This document shows positions 28,630-39,085 of a DNA stretch of 64,000 nt, one piece after another. The position numbers and the translations under genes were made by a program. This DNA comes from Candidatus Eiseniibacteriota bacterium (GTDB lineage Bacteria > Eisenbacteria > RBG-16-71-46): NCBI GenBank assembly GCA_963744995.1, contig CAVUWA010000009.1, positions 32,001 to 96,000 on the forward strand, in the 5' to 3' direction. Each line of letters starts with the position of its first letter. Position 1 is the first letter of the stretch. The notes under the pieces were generated by a model, which saw only the letters and a program-made list of their open reading frames with translations, was not told where the DNA came from and made no database searches.

Positions 28630-29079
28630 ATGAATCCCTCGCCGCGCCCCGAAGCCTTCATCACCCGGCCGCCGCACAAGTGTCTGTTCCTGTGCACGCA
28701 CAACGCTTCCCGCAGCCAGATGGCGGAGGGCTTCGCGCGCGCGATCGCGCCGCAGCAGGTCGAGATCTGGAGCGCCGGCACCGAGCCGTCACGGGTGCAC
28801 CCGCTGGCGATCGAGGTGATGCGGGAAGTCGGGATCGAGCTCGGTTCGCATCGCTCGAAGACGATCGACGAGGTGCCGTGGCAGGAGATGGACACCGTCG
28901 TCACGCTGTGCGGTGACGCCGACGAGAAGTGCCCGACGCTGGGCGCGGCGGTGCGGCGCGTGCACTGGCCGCTGCCGGATCCGTCGATCGCCCCGGAGGC
29001 CGGGCGCCTCGACGCCTTCCGCGAGGCACGCGAGGAGATCCACTGGCGGGTCGCCTCGCTGTGGCCGCGAGGCGACTAG
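28630..29079 (+). CDS. arsC: Thioredoxin-type arsenate reductase (LMW-PTP fold)
   Basis: CTHNASRSQMAEG, SAGT, TLCGDADEKCP, HW.LPDP. Confidence 0.85.
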   Translation: MNPSPRPEAFITRPPHKCLFLCTHNASRSQMAEGFARAIAPQQVEIWSAGTEPSRVHPLAIEVMREVGIELGSHRSKTIDEVPWQEMDTVVTLCGDADEKCPTLGAAVRRVHWPLPDPSIAPEAGRLDAFREAREEIHWRVASLWPRGD

Positions 29080-30791
29080 GGACCTCCCGGCGCGTCGGGG
29101 CGACTCGAAGCGGGGTCGCGTGCAGCCGGGCGGCGTCGCGCGCCGGCGCGAGCCAGCGAGTCGGCCGCGGCGCGGCGGCCCTGAGCGACCAGCGCCCGCA
29201 TCTGACCCGACAGCGCGCCGGGGACCGTGTCGTTGATCGCCCGCACCCGGATGAACGTGCTCTCCGCGGCGCTCCAGCGCCCGGCCGTCATGAGGATCTC
29301 CGCCTGGCGCATGAGCGCCTGTGGCCCGCTGCCCCAGCGTTCGAGCCAGCCGCGCTGCTCGAACCGAAAGCACTCGACGTCTTCCCAGTCCGCCGGGATC
29401 CGCGTGGCGAAGCCGCGATAGACGAGCCCGGGTACGAACAGACGAAGCGTGGTGCCGTCGTGCATGGCGGCTTCGAGGGCCCAGTACGAGACGCGCCGGC
29501 CGCGACCGCTCACGGTCCCGGCGAGGAGATCGACATGGCGACCGGGAACGGGGTTCACGAATCCGACGGCGGTTCCAGGGCGGAGGTCGGCCTCGCGGAG
29601 CGCGGGAATCGCGTGGCCGAGGAGCAGCGCCTCACGCATCGTGCGATCGACCGGAAGCGCGTTGCGCGTCGCCGTCTCACGGGCGTGGACGTTGCGGATC
29701 TCGATTCCCACGAGGAGCGCGAGCGCCGCCACGGCGGTGAGCCGCGCGCCACGGGCCGGACGTCGCTCCAGCCAGCCCGTGGCGACGGCCGTCACCGCGA
29801 TGGCACCACCGATCCACGGGATGTAGAGGTAGTAGAGATACGTGTGGGAAACGAGCGGCAGCACGGGGGCCAGGAACACCGTGAACCACACGGCCCCGGC
29901 CACGGCCGGGAAGCGTGACGGCGCTCGCACCCCGCGCATGCTGCCGAAGAACAGGATCAGGGCCGCGCCGGCCGCCGGCCAGACCGCGGGCTGCACGGCC
30001 GCCACCCGATCGCGAATCGGCTCCCACAATGCGACGCACCATCCCACGTAGGTCATGAAGTTTCCGAACAGCACCGGCGGTGCCGCCGAGACGCCGTAGG
30101 CGGAGGAGTCGGCCAGTCGGGCCAGGTGGCCCGACGTGGCCAGGGCGACGACGAACGCCACCGTCGCCGCGACGGCGGGAAGGGTCGCCTCGACCCGCAT
30201 GCGCCCGCGCCGGCGACGGAACTCGAACCACAGAATGAAGGCCGGCCACGCCGCCGCCGTTTCCTTGGCCAGCATGGCGGCCAGCGCGAGCCCGGCCGCG
30301 CCCCATCGCCAGCGCGCGCCCCGCCGAGCGGACTCCAGGTGCACGAGCGTCGCGGCGAGGAGCAGTGCGCCGGCGAGCAGTTCGATGACGCCGCTCGCCC
30401 AGTGCAGCGGCGTGAAGGCGATCGACGCGCATCCGAACAGCACGGCGGCGGCGCACGCGGCGCCGCGGTTCCCGAGCCAGCGCACGGCCAGCAGGTACAC
30501 GCCGACCACGTTGAGCGCGTGCAGCGCGAGATTCACGAGGTGGTAGCCGAGCGGGTCGAGCCCGAACAGCCGGTACTGGAGCCAGAACGACAGGCCCTCG
30601 GAGAGCGGCCGGTAGGCCCCGTTCCAGGGCGCGTCCCCCGCGGCCCGGGAGAGGTGGACGATGTCGTCGCCCGAGAAGAAGGTCCAGGGGGCCTGCCTGA
30701 ACGTGGTGACCGCGAGGGCGACGGCGAGCGCGACCCACGCCTCGTGCGGCCGCCGGCGGGCGGGCGTGGCGACGTTCGGAGCCCCGGACAT
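29076..30791 (-). CDS. Multi-pass membrane protein, probable GT-C (PMT/TMTC-like) glycosyltransferase with TPR-like tail
   Basis: DD after TM1, YRPL, YHLVNLALHALN, KE, YYLYIP. Confidence 0.65.
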   Translation of the reverse strand: MSGAPNVATPARRRPHEAWVALAVALAVTTFRQAPWTFFSGDDIVHLSRAAGDAPWNGAYRPLSEGLSFWLQYRLFGLDPLGYHLVNLALHALNVVGVYLLAVRWLGNRGAACAAAVLFGCASIAFTPLHWASGVIELLAGALLLAATLVHLESARRGARWRWGAAGLALAAMLAKETAAAWPAFILWFEFRRRRGRMRVEATLPAVAATVAFVVALATSGHLARLADSSAYGVSAAPPVLFGNFMTYVGWCVALWEPIRDRVAAVQPAVWPAAGAALILFFGSMRGVRAPSRFPAVAGAVWFTVFLAPVLPLVSHTYLYYLYIPWIGGAIAVTAVATGWLERRPARGARLTAVAALALLVGIEIRNVHARETATRNALPVDRTMREALLLGHAIPALREADLRPGTAVGFVNPVPGRHVDLLAGTVSGRGRRVSYWALEAAMHDGTTLRLFVPGLVYRGFATRIPADWEDVECFRFEQRGWLERWGSGPQALMRQAEILMTAGRWSAAESTFIRVRAINDTVPGALSGQMRALVAQGRRAAADSLARAGARRRPAARDPASSRPDAPGGP

Positions 30792-30818
30792 GCGGGCCGC
30801 GTGAACGGCCGCTCCCCG

Positions 30819-31865
30819 TTACGCCGGCGCGCGTGCCGAACGGCGGTCGGCGGCCAGCTCGGGATGGCGGCCGCTCATGAAGGACTCGCACTCGGCGACG
30901 TCCTCGGCGCTGCCGATCACGAGCGGCGTGCGCTGGTGCAGCGCGGTCGGCGTCAGATCCATGATGCGCTGCTTGCCGTTGGTGGCTGCGCCGCCGGCCT
31001 GCTCGACGATGAACGCGAGCGGCGCCGCCTCGTACAGCACGCGCAGCTTGCCGTTCGGATTCCTGCGGTCGGCCGGGTACATGTAGATTCCGCCGTACAT
31101 CAGGTTGCGATGGAAGTCCGCGACCAGCGAGCCCACGTAACGCGCGCTGTATGGATGGCCATCGTGCCCGTTCTCCTGTTTGAGCCAGTCGACGTAACGC
31201 TTCACGCCTTCGTCCCAGCGGAAGTAGTTGCCCTCGTTCACGCTGTAGATGCGGCCGCGTGACGGGGTGCGGATGTCGCGGTGCGAGAGCAGGAACTCGC
31301 CGAGACTCGGCTCGAAGGTGAAGCCGTGCACGCCGTGGCCGGTGGTATAGACCAGCATCGTGCTCGAGCCGTACATCACGTAGCCCGCGCACAGCTGACG
31401 GTGCCCGGGCTGGATCGCGTCGGCCTCGGTGCCCCTCCCGCCGGTGGACACGCGGCGCAGTACCGAGAAAATCGTGCCGATGTTGACGTTCGCGCTGATG
31501 TTCGACGAGCCGTCGAGCGGATCGAAGTTGACGACGTAGTTGCCGAGCGGCTGGTCCTCGGGCACCTGGATGACGTTCTCGTCCTCTTCGGAGGCGAGCA
31601 CCGCCAGCTGCCCCGTCGTGCCGAGCACCTGATAGAGCACCTCGTGCGCGAAGATGTCGAGCTTCTGCACGCGCTCGCCCTGCACGTTCTCGGCGCCGGT
31701 GTAGCCGAGCACGTCCACCAGCCCGGCGCGGGTCACGGCGCGGTTGATCGTCTTCGCCGCGAGCGCGATGTCGAGCAGCAGGCTCGTGAACTCGCCGGTG
31801 GCTTCGGGGTGGAGTCTCTCCTGCTGGAGCAGGAACTGCGACAGCGTGACATTGCGGGCCGGCAT
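30819..31865 (-). CDS. fbp: Class 1 fructose-1,6-bisphosphatase
   Basis: NVQGE.VQKLD, SEE, FDPLDGSSN, RYVGSLVADFHR, GKLRVLYE. Confidence 0.96.
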   Translation of the reverse strand: MPARNVTLSQFLLQQERLHPEATGEFTSLLLDIALAAKTINRAVTRAGLVDVLGYTGAENVQGERVQKLDIFAHEVLYQVLGTTGQLAVLASEEDENVIQVPEDQPLGNYVVNFDPLDGSSNISANVNIGTIFSVLRRVSTGGRGTEADAIQPGHRQLCAGYVMYGSSTMLVYTTGHGVHGFTFEPSLGEFLLSHRDIRTPSRGRIYSVNEGNYFRWDEGVKRYVDWLKQENGHDGHPYSARYVGSLVADFHRNLMYGGIYMYPADRRNPNGKLRVLYEAAPLAFIVEQAGGAATNGKQRIMDLTPTALHQRTPLVIGSAEDVAECESFMSGRHPELAADRRSARAPA

Positions 31866-31939
31866 GTCCGCCTCCAGGGCCTGGGTTCGCGACCGGCGGA
31901 AGGTCGGGGCGGCCGCCGCCGGCGCCCGCCCCGCTCCGC

Positions 31940-33334
31940 TCAGTCGGAAAGTCCGCTCACGTCCTCTGGTCCGCGTCCGGCGCCCACCGCCGCCCGGGCG
32001 ACCGGGAACGAGCCCGACACGAACGGCGTGTGTTTCTCGGCCATCGCCCGGGTGCCATCGGCCTTGAGCTTGAGCAGCAGGAACGAGAACTTCTCTTCGA
32101 GCGAGCGGGCGATTTCGCCGCGCACCTCGGCCGGCAGGCTCCACATCTCCTGCTTGAAGGGCCCGAGCGCCTTCTTGCGGGTCTTGTAGTGGAACTGCTC
32201 CTCGGTGTCGCTGGCCTTCTTCTCGGCTGCGGCGTGCTCGTCGAGCCACGCATAGACCTTCCGCTTGAGCTCGGCGGGGAAGGCCGCGTGATCGTAGATC
32301 ATGTTCTGGAACTCGGTCGCGAGATGGATCTCGCAGGCGCCGAGCGCGGGGAAGCGGTCGAACAGCTCCGCCGGCAGCGTCGAGGCGCCGTGCTGCACCG
32401 CGCCGGCCATGCCGTACTGTTCGCGCGCGATCTTCGAGAGCTTCTCGAGCGCTTCGAAGTCGATCTTCACCTCGGCGATCGAGCCGTCCGGCAGCGGCAC
32501 GCCGCCGTGCGAAGTGCCGGTCTGGATCGAGATCTTGCTGATCCCTTCGGCGCCGGAGGCCTTCGCCTCGAGTGCGCGCCGGTAGACGGTCATGAAAGCA
32601 CTGAGCTCTTCCGGCGTCGAGTTCTTGCCACCGACCTCGCCGATCTCGCCGCCGACCGAGACCGTGACCCCCTTGGGCTCGACGCTGCGGATGAAGCCGG
32701 TGAGTTCGGCGCACAGCGTGCCGTTCAACTCCTGCTGGGCCTCGTGGCCCTCGCACGACAGATCGACCAGCGTCGAGGTGTCGACGTCGATGTTGTAGAA
32801 CCCGGCATGGATCGCTTCTTCGGTCAGCTGGCGCACCGCGTTCACTTCGCCGTCGGGATCGCTGGCGTACTTCTTCGCGTTCACCTGGAAGTGGTCGCCC
32901 TGGACGAACACCGGACCACGCCAGCCCTCGCGCAGCGCGGCGCACAGCAGGACGTGCAGGTATTCGGCCGGCCGCTGGTCGGTGTAACTGATCTCCGAGC
33001 GCGCGATCTCGCAGATCACCGCGCCCGCGTCGAGCGCGCGGCGGGCGCGGAACAGGGCGCGCGCCGTGTCGTAGGCCATGGCGCGAATGTTGATCGCGGG
33101 CACCGTGAAGTCCGTGCTGGTCTCGCCGCGACCGCGCGCGGTGTAGAGCGCGTGGATCGAGGCCGGGTAGATGCCGGAGGAATGCGCCTGTTCGAGGATC
33201 GTCGCGCGGGCGGCCTGGCGGACCTCCGCGGCGCCGAACACGCCCGTCCAGGCCAGCCGATCGACTGCGTCCATGCTGCCGGATGCGAGTCCCGCCGCGG
33301 CGAGTCGCACGTCATCGAGGGTCTTGAGAATCAT
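31940..33334 (-). CDS. fba: Class II fructose-bisphosphate aldolase (long type)
   Basis: VPAIN, QGDH, GGEIG, GTSHGG, VQHGAS; adjacent to fbp. Confidence 0.88.
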   Translation of the reverse strand: MILKTLDDVRLAAAGLASGSMDAVDRLAWTGVFGAAEVRQAARATILEQAHSSGIYPASIHALYTARGRGETSTDFTVPAINIRAMAYDTARALFRARRALDAGAVICEIARSEISYTDQRPAEYLHVLLCAALREGWRGPVFVQGDHFQVNAKKYASDPDGEVNAVRQLTEEAIHAGFYNIDVDTSTLVDLSCEGHEAQQELNGTLCAELTGFIRSVEPKGVTVSVGGEIGEVGGKNSTPEELSAFMTVYRRALEAKASGAEGISKISIQTGTSHGGVPLPDGSIAEVKIDFEALEKLSKIAREQYGMAGAVQHGASTLPAELFDRFPALGACEIHLATEFQNMIYDHAAFPAELKRKVYAWLDEHAAAEKKASDTEEQFHYKTRKKALGPFKQEMWSLPAEVRGEIARSLEEKFSFLLLKLKADGTRAMAEKHTPFVSGSFPVARAAVGAGRGPEDVSGLSD

Positions 33335-33413
33335 GGTGGGCTCCGTGTCGTGCAGGCGCGTGGGGCCCGAGCGGTCCCGGCGCCGGGGTCTTGATGGAAG
33401 ACAGACGTCCGGC

Positions 33414-33442
33414 AGTATAGACGCCGCTCCACGGCGGGCCAA
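33414..33442 (-). promoter_or_regulatory. Putative promoter of fba-fbp
   Basis: Minus strand TTGGCC-N17-TATACT. Confidence 0.55.
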
Positions 33443-33471
33443 CCCCATTCGGGATCGTGCGCGGCCGGTGT

Positions 33472-33500
33472 TTGACAGCACGCTCATGCGAGGCTTCAAT
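33472..33500 (+). promoter_or_regulatory. Putative promoter of the molybdoenzyme operon
   Basis: TTGACA-N17-TTCAAT, followed directly by the palindrome CGAA-TACG-TTCG. Confidence 0.5.
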
Positions 33501-33544
33501 CGAATACGTTCGCTTACTTTCATTCAGTGCCGCGAGGACGTTCC

Positions 33545-34051
33545 GTGCCCTCCACTCCGACCCGCGTCTGTCGTCTCCGCGTCAATGGCGACGTACGTGA
33601 GTGCGCGATCAGCCCGTCGACCACGCTGCTCGAAGCGCTCCGTTACGCCCTCGGGCTCACCGGATCCAAGCAGGGCTGCGACAAAGGCGACTGCGGCGCG
33701 TGCACGGTCGCCGTGGACGGCGTGCCGGTGCTGGCCTGCATCACGCCGGCCCTGGCGCTGGATGGCGCGGGCGCGATCACCACGATCGAAGGCCTCGCGG
33801 CGGGCGGGGTGCCGCACCCGCTGCAGGATGCGCTCGACGAAACCGGCGGCGCGCAGTGCGGCTTCTGTACCCCCGGCGTGCTGATGAGCGCGTGGGCGCT
33901 GCTCGCGCGGAATCCGAGCCCGACGCGCGACGAGATCGCGCGCGCGCTGTCCGGCAACCTCTGCCGGTGCACGGGCTACACGAAGATCTTCGAGGCCGTC
34001 GAGCTCGCCGCGCAGCGCATGGGCGGCGCGCGGGACGGAGCGCGGACGTGA
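33545..34051 (+). CDS. 2x[2Fe-2S] subunit of a xanthine dehydrogenase-family enzyme (HcrC-like)
   Basis: [10 protein letters not shown]...[18 protein letters not shown]. Confidence 0.93.
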   Translation: MPSTPTRVCRLRVNGDVRECAISPSTTLLEALRYALGLTGSKQGCDKGDCGACTVAVDGVPVLACITPALALDGAGAITTIEGLAAGGVPHPLQDALDETGGAQCGFCTPGVLMSAWALLARNPSPTRDEIARALSGNLCRCTGYTKIFEAVELAAQRMGGARDGART

Positions 34052-36549
34052 GCGGGGCGAACGACCGCGCGGCGCGCCGGCCGGGGATGGCGATTCCCGG
34101 CGGTCGCGCCATGCCGAGCGACGAGCGGCTGCGGCCGCCCGAATGGCCCGAGGGCAGGAGCGGCGCTCCGCACGGTGAATTCCACGTCATCGGCCGGCGC
34201 AACCGCAAGGTCGAGGGTCTCGCCAAGGTCACCGGCCGCGCGGTCTACACCGACGACATCCGGCTGCCGCGCATGCTGCACGGCAAGCTCCTGCGCAGCA
34301 TCCATCCGCACGCGCGCATCCGCTCGATCGACGTGAGCGGGGCGCTGGCGATGCCCGGCGTGCACGCGGTGATCACCGGGAAGGACCTCCCGGTGCGCTA
34401 CGGGATCATTCCCTGGACCGAGGACGAGCAGGCGCTGTGCGAGACCAGGACGCGTTACGTCGGCGACGCCGTCGCCGCGGTGGCGGCGGACAGCGAAGCG
34501 CTCGCCGAGGCGGCGCTGCGCGCGATCCGCGTGGACTACGAGGTGCTGCCTGCGGTGATGGACATCGACGCGGCGCTGGCGCACCCCGAGCACAAGATCC
34601 ACGACGAGGCGAAGGACGGCAACGTCTCCAAGCACGTGTTCCTGGAGTTCGGCGACGTGGAGGGCGAACTCGAGAAGAGTGACGCGGTGATCGAGGCCGA
34701 GTACTGGTACGAGGGCTCGACCCACGCGCCGATCGAACCGCACTGCGCGATCGGCGACTTCGATGCGACCGGGTTCCTCACGCTCTATTCGAGCACCCAG
34801 GTCGCGCATTACCTGCACCGCGACCTGGCGAAGGTGCTGGGGCTCCCGACGCAGCGCATCCGCGTGGTCCAGCCGGTGGTGGGCGGCGCGTTCGGCGGCA
34901 AGAGCGAGCCGTTCTCGCTCGAGTTCTGCGCGGCGAAGCTGAGCATGATCACCGGCCGCCCGGTGAAGATCCTCTACACGCGCGAAGAAGTGTTCTACGC
35001 GCACCGCGGTCGCCATCCGATGCGCATGCGCTACCGCACCGGCGTGACGAAAGACGGGCGACTGACCGGGGTGGACGCGAAGATCCATCTGGACGGCGGC
35101 GCGTACTCGTCGTTCGGTCTGGTGACCACGTATTACTCGGGCCAGCTCCTGACCGCGCCCTACCGGATGCCGGCCTACCGCTTCGATTCGACCCGGCTGT
35201 TCACCAACAAGCCCTGCTGCGGGCCCAAGCGGGGCCACGGCTCGGTGCAGCCGCGCTTCGCATTCGAATGCCAGCTCGACCGGCTCGCCGAGCGCATCGG
35301 CATGGATCCGATCGAGCTCCGGCGCCGGAACTTCATCGGCGCGAACACCCGCACCGTGAACGGCATGCGGGTGACCTCGAACGGCTTCCTCGAATGCCTG
35401 GAGCGCGTCGAGCAGGCCTCGGACTGGCGCGCGAAGTTCCGCCGCCTGCCCTGGGGGCGCGGGGTGGGCGTCGCCGGCAGCATGTACATCAGCGGCACCA
35501 ACTACTGCATCTACCCGAACGAGATGCCGCAGGCGGCGGTGCAGCTCAAGCTCGACCGCAGCGGCCGCGCCACCGTGTTCTGCGGCGCGTCGGACATCGG
35601 CCAGGGCTCGGACTCGGTGCTGGCCTACATCGTCTGCGAGGAGCTGGGTCTGACGTTGCGCGACGTGCGCGTCGTGGCGGCCGACACCGATCTCACGCCG
35701 GTGGACCTCGGCTCGTACTCGAGCCGCGAGACGTTCATGGTCGGCAACGCCTGCCTCGACGCGGCACGCAGGCTGCGCGGCACGATCGCCGCGACGCTGG
35801 CCGCGCAGTGGGGCTGCCGGCCGGCCGAGGTGACGCTTGCCGACGGGATCGCCTGCTCGACCCGCGACCCGGAACGGGAGTGCATGAGCGTGCGCGAAGC
35901 GTTCCAGGCCGCCGAGGCGCGTCACGGCACGCTCGGCGCGGTGGGCTGGTACCAGAGCCCGAAGCTCGGCGGTGACTATCGCGGCGGCACCATCGGCGCG
36001 TCGCCCGCGTACTCGTTCACCGCGCATGTCGCCGAGGTCGAGTGCGATCCCGAAACCGGGTTCGTGAACGTCCGCAACATCTGGATCGCGCACGACTGCG
36101 GCCGGGCGCTGAATCCGGTGACGGTCGAAGGGCAGATGGAGGGGAGCGCCTACATGGGGTTCGCCGAGGCGCTGATGGAAACGCACGTGATGAAGCCCGC
36201 CGCCACGCATCACGGCGCCGGGCTCCACCACGGGCCGTCGCTGCTCGACTACCGGATTCCGACCTCGCTCGATACCCCCGCGCTGCACAGCCTGATCGTC
36301 GAGTCGGTGGACCCCGAGGGACCCTACGGCGCGAAGGAGGCGGGCGAGGGGCCCCTGCACCCAAGCATTCCGGCGATCTCGAACGCGATCTACGACGCGC
36401 TCGGCGTGCGCTGCGAGCGGCTGCCGTTCGACCCGCCCGAGATCGTCCGCCGGCTGGCGGCGGCCGACGCGCGCGCGGCCTGGGAGCAGGCGCGCGCACG
36501 CCTCGCGACGCCGGCGCCTGCGACGGGCGGCGGAGGCGGCGGATGCTGA
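34048..36549 (+). CDS. Molybdopterin subunit of a xanthine dehydrogenase-family enzyme (4-hydroxybenzoyl-CoA reductase alpha-like)
   Basis: [41 protein letters not shown]. Confidence 0.9.
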   Translation: MSGANDRAARRPGMAIPGGRAMPSDERLRPPEWPEGRSGAPHGEFHVIGRRNRKVEGLAKVTGRAVYTDDIRLPRMLHGKLLRSIHPHARIRSIDVSGALAMPGVHAVITGKDLPVRYGIIPWTEDEQALCETRTRYVGDAVAAVAADSEALAEAALRAIRVDYEVLPAVMDIDAALAHPEHKIHDEAKDGNVSKHVFLEFGDVEGELEKSDAVIEAEYWYEGSTHAPIEPHCAIGDFDATGFLTLYSSTQVAHYLHRDLAKVLGLPTQRIRVVQPVVGGAFGGKSEPFSLEFCAAKLSMITGRPVKILYTREEVFYAHRGRHPMRMRYRTGVTKDGRLTGVDAKIHLDGGAYSSFGLVTTYYSGQLLTAPYRMPAYRFDSTRLFTNKPCCGPKRGHGSVQPRFAFECQLDRLAERIGMDPIELRRRNFIGANTRTVNGMRVTSNGFLECLERVEQASDWRAKFRRLPWGRGVGVAGSMYISGTNYCIYPNEMPQAAVQLKLDRSGRATVFCGASDIGQGSDSVLAYIVCEELGLTLRDVRVVAADTDLTPVDLGSYSSRETFMVGNACLDAARRLRGTIAATLAAQWGCRPAEVTLADGIACSTRDPERECMSVREAFQAAEARHGTLGAVGWYQSPKLGGDYRGGTIGASPAYSFTAHVAEVECDPETGFVNVRNIWIAHDCGRALNPVTVEGQMEGSAYMGFAEALMETHVMKPAATHHGAGLHHGPSLLDYRIPTSLDTPALHSLIVESVDPEGPYGAKEAGEGPLHPSIPAISNAIYDALGVRCERLPFDPPEIVRRLAAADARAAWEQARARLATPAPATGGGGGGC

Positions 36550-37532
36550 CCCTGCCTGCGTTCGAGTGGGCCTCGCCCGCGAGTGTCGACGAGGTGCTCG
36601 CCCTGCTCGCCGAGCACGGCGGTGACGCGCTGCTCATCGCCGGCGGCACCGACGCGGTGCCGAACATGAAGCATCGCCTGCACGAGCCGAAGCTCGTGAT
36701 CCACCTGGGCGGGGTGCGCGACCTGCACTTCGTACGCGAAGCAGCCGGCGGCCTCCAGCTCGGACCGCGGGTGACGCTCGCCGAGCTCGAAGCGCATCCC
36801 GTGATCCGGCGCGACTATCCGCTGCTCGCGCGCGCGGCCGGCATGGTCGCCGGCCCGCAGCTGCGCAACATGGGCACGCTCGGCGGCAACCTGTGCCTCG
36901 ACACCCGGTGCACGTACTACAACCAGACGTATTTCTGGCGCGAGGCGCTGGGCTTCTGCCTGAAGAAGGACGGCGTTCACTGTCACGTCGTCCCGCAGGG
37001 CAGGCGCTGCGTGGCCGCGCACTCCTCGGACGTCGCGCCCGCGCTGATCGCGCTCGACGCCGAAGTCGAGATCGCCGGCGCCGGAGGGTGGCGCACCGTG
37101 TCGGTGGACGCGTTCTTCGTGCCCGACGGCCAGCACAACAACGTGCTCCGCCCGGGCGAGCTGGTGACGCGGGTGTTCGTGCCGGCGCGCTCGCGCGGGA
37201 TGCGCTGTGGCTACCGCAAGCTGCGCCCGCGCCAGGCGATCGACTTCCCGATGCTGTCGGTGGCGTTCGCGGCGGGCCCGGCGGATCCGCTGGAGCGCGC
37301 GTCCCTGGTGGTGAGCGCGCTGGCCGCGCGGCCGCGCGTGATCCACGGCGTGGACGAGATCGTGGCCGGCCGGCCCCTCGGCGAAGACGTCGCCGCGGCG
37401 CTCGCCGGGGTCGCGGCGCGCCAGTGCCGGCCGCAGACCAGTGTGCCCTACGACACCGACTACCGTCAGGCGATGGTGCCGGTGTTCGTGCGCCGGGCGG
37501 TCATGGACGCGGCGCGGGGAGCGATGGCGTGA
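36543..37532 (+). CDS. FAD subunit with [4Fe-4S] insertion (HcrB-like)
   Basis: AGGTD, RNMGTLGGNLC; insert RCTYYNQ..FWR....CLKKDG..CHVV....RC.A.HSSD.APAL. Confidence 0.9.
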   Translation: MLTLPAFEWASPASVDEVLALLAEHGGDALLIAGGTDAVPNMKHRLHEPKLVIHLGGVRDLHFVREAAGGLQLGPRVTLAELEAHPVIRRDYPLLARAAGMVAGPQLRNMGTLGGNLCLDTRCTYYNQTYFWREALGFCLKKDGVHCHVVPQGRRCVAAHSSDVAPALIALDAEVEIAGAGGWRTVSVDAFFVPDGQHNNVLRPGELVTRVFVPARSRGMRCGYRKLRPRQAIDFPMLSVAFAAGPADPLERASLVVSALAARPRVIHGVDEIVAGRPLGEDVAAALAGVAARQCRPQTSVPYDTDYRQAMVPVFVRRAVMDAARGAMA

Positions 37533-38413
37533 GCGGGCCCGACCCGGGCACCCCCCGCGACCTTCCGGGGCCGGCGCGCGACGAGGACGTGTGGCGCGTG
37601 CTCCATGCGTGGCGCGGGCGGCGGCGACCGTTCGTGATCGCGACCGTCGTCGCCGTGCGCGGCTTCACGCCGCGCAAGCCCGGCGCGCGCATGCTGATCG
37701 CCGCGGACGGCGAGACGGTCGGCACCATCGGTGGCGGCGCCATCGAGCGGCGCGTGATCGAGGAGGCGGCGACGCTGGTCGCCACCGGCGGCACCGCGTA
37801 CCTCAGGAAGCACCTCACCCAGGAGCTGGGCATGTGCTGCGGCGGCGAAATGAGCGTGTTCCTCGAGTGCATGACCGCCGCGCCCAGACTCTACCTGTTC
37901 GGCGCCGGCTACATCGCGAAACCGCTCGCCGCGATCGCCGCCGGCTGCGGCTTCGAGGTCGAAGTGATCGACGCGCGCCCCGAGTGGGCGAACGAAGCGC
38001 GCTTTCCCACCTCTCGTGTGACGCTGCGCGACCCCGCCGTGTACGCCCGCGCGCTGGAGACCGGCGCGTCCGACTTCGCCGTGGTGGTCACCCACGACCA
38101 CGCGCTCGACCAGCAGATCGTCCAAGCGCTCATGGCGCGGCCGCTCGCCTTCCTCGGCATGATCGGCAGCGTGCCCAAGTACCGGAAGTTCGTGCTCCGC
38201 CTGCGCGCGCGCGGCTTCACGGAGGACGCGATCGCGCGGCTCCGCACGCCGCTCGGTGCGGACATCGGTGCCGAGACGCCGGAAGAGATCGCGGTCAGCG
38301 TCATGGCCGAACTGGTCGCGGTGCGCCGCGGCGCCGCGCTGCCGCCGCGGTCCACGCCGCCGCGCACCACACCCGCATCGTCCTCGCAACCCGATGAAAC
38401 GGAGGTCCCCTGA
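37529..38413 (+). CDS. xdhC: XdhC/CoxF-family molybdoenzyme maturation factor
   Basis: TPRKPGARM, GTIGGG, LGMCCGG, FGAG, VTHDH..D, GMIGS, TPEEIAVS. Confidence 0.92.
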   Translation: MSGPDPGTPRDLPGPARDEDVWRVLHAWRGRRRPFVIATVVAVRGFTPRKPGARMLIAADGETVGTIGGGAIERRVIEEAATLVATGGTAYLRKHLTQELGMCCGGEMSVFLECMTAAPRLYLFGAGYIAKPLAAIAAGCGFEVEVIDARPEWANEARFPTSRVTLRDPAVYARALETGASDFAVVVTHDHALDQQIVQALMARPLAFLGMIGSVPKYRKFVLRLRARGFTEDAIARLRTPLGADIGAETPEEIAVSVMAELVAVRRGAALPPRSTPPRTTPASSSQPDETEVP

Positions 38414-39084
38414 TGGTCGGTGTCGTCCTCGCCGCGGGCGCGTCCACCCGTATGGGAAGCCCGAAGCCGCTCGTCCAGGTGCGCGGCGAGAGCTTCCTGG
38501 TCCGTACCGTGCGACTGCTGTGGACGTCGTGCGACCGCGTGGTGGTCGTGCTCGGCGCCAATGCCGCAAAAGTGCAGAAACAGGTCGAAAAGGAGTTCCA
38601 GGCGCTGCTCGCCGAGGGCGTCCTGCACGCGGACATCCGCCGCTCGCGCGGCGGCAAGAAGCACGGCCTGGAGGTGCGCTTCGTGGTGCATCGCGGCTGG
38701 AAACAGGGAATGTTCTCCTCCGCACGCGTGGGGCTCAAGGCCGCCGCCGAACTCAAGCCGAGGGCGGTGATTCTGCTGCCGGTGGACCACCCGGCGGTCA
38801 AGCCGGATTCGGTCGCGGCGCTGACCGACGTGATGGAGCAGGCCCTCGAGGCCACGCGTTCGGCGCGGGAGCGGGCGCGCTTCTCCTACGCGCTCGTGCC
38901 GCGCTATCTCAAGAAGCGGGGCCATCCGATCGTGCTGTCGCCGGCACTCGCCCACGCGATCACCGCCGACGGCGCGGCCGCGCACCTGGGCGATGCGGTG
39001 CGGCGCTGCGCCCGGCTGGTCGGCTACCTCGACGTGAGCGACGCCGGCGTGGTGGCGAACCGCAACACCCCGCGGCGGCGCTGA
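38413..39084 (+). CDS. mocA: Molybdenum cofactor cytidylyltransferase-like nucleotidyltransferase
   Basis: LAAGASTRMG.PK, GMFSS, PVDHP, GHP. Confidence 0.8.
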   Translation: MVGVVLAAGASTRMGSPKPLVQVRGESFLVRTVRLLWTSCDRVVVVLGANAAKVQKQVEKEFQALLAEGVLHADIRRSRGGKKHGLEVRFVVHRGWKQGMFSSARVGLKAAAELKPRAVILLPVDHPAVKPDSVAALTDVMEQALEATRSARERARFSYALVPRYLKKRGHPIVLSPALAHAITADGAAAHLGDAVRRCARLVGYLDVSDAGVVANRNTPRRR

Positions 39085-39085
39085 G

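Noticed and set aside
33501..33512. CGAATACGTTCG as a Gram-positive SOS box
   Set aside because: It is 2 nt shorter than CGAAC-N4-GTTCG and precedes a non-repair operon; it may still be an operator for another regulator.
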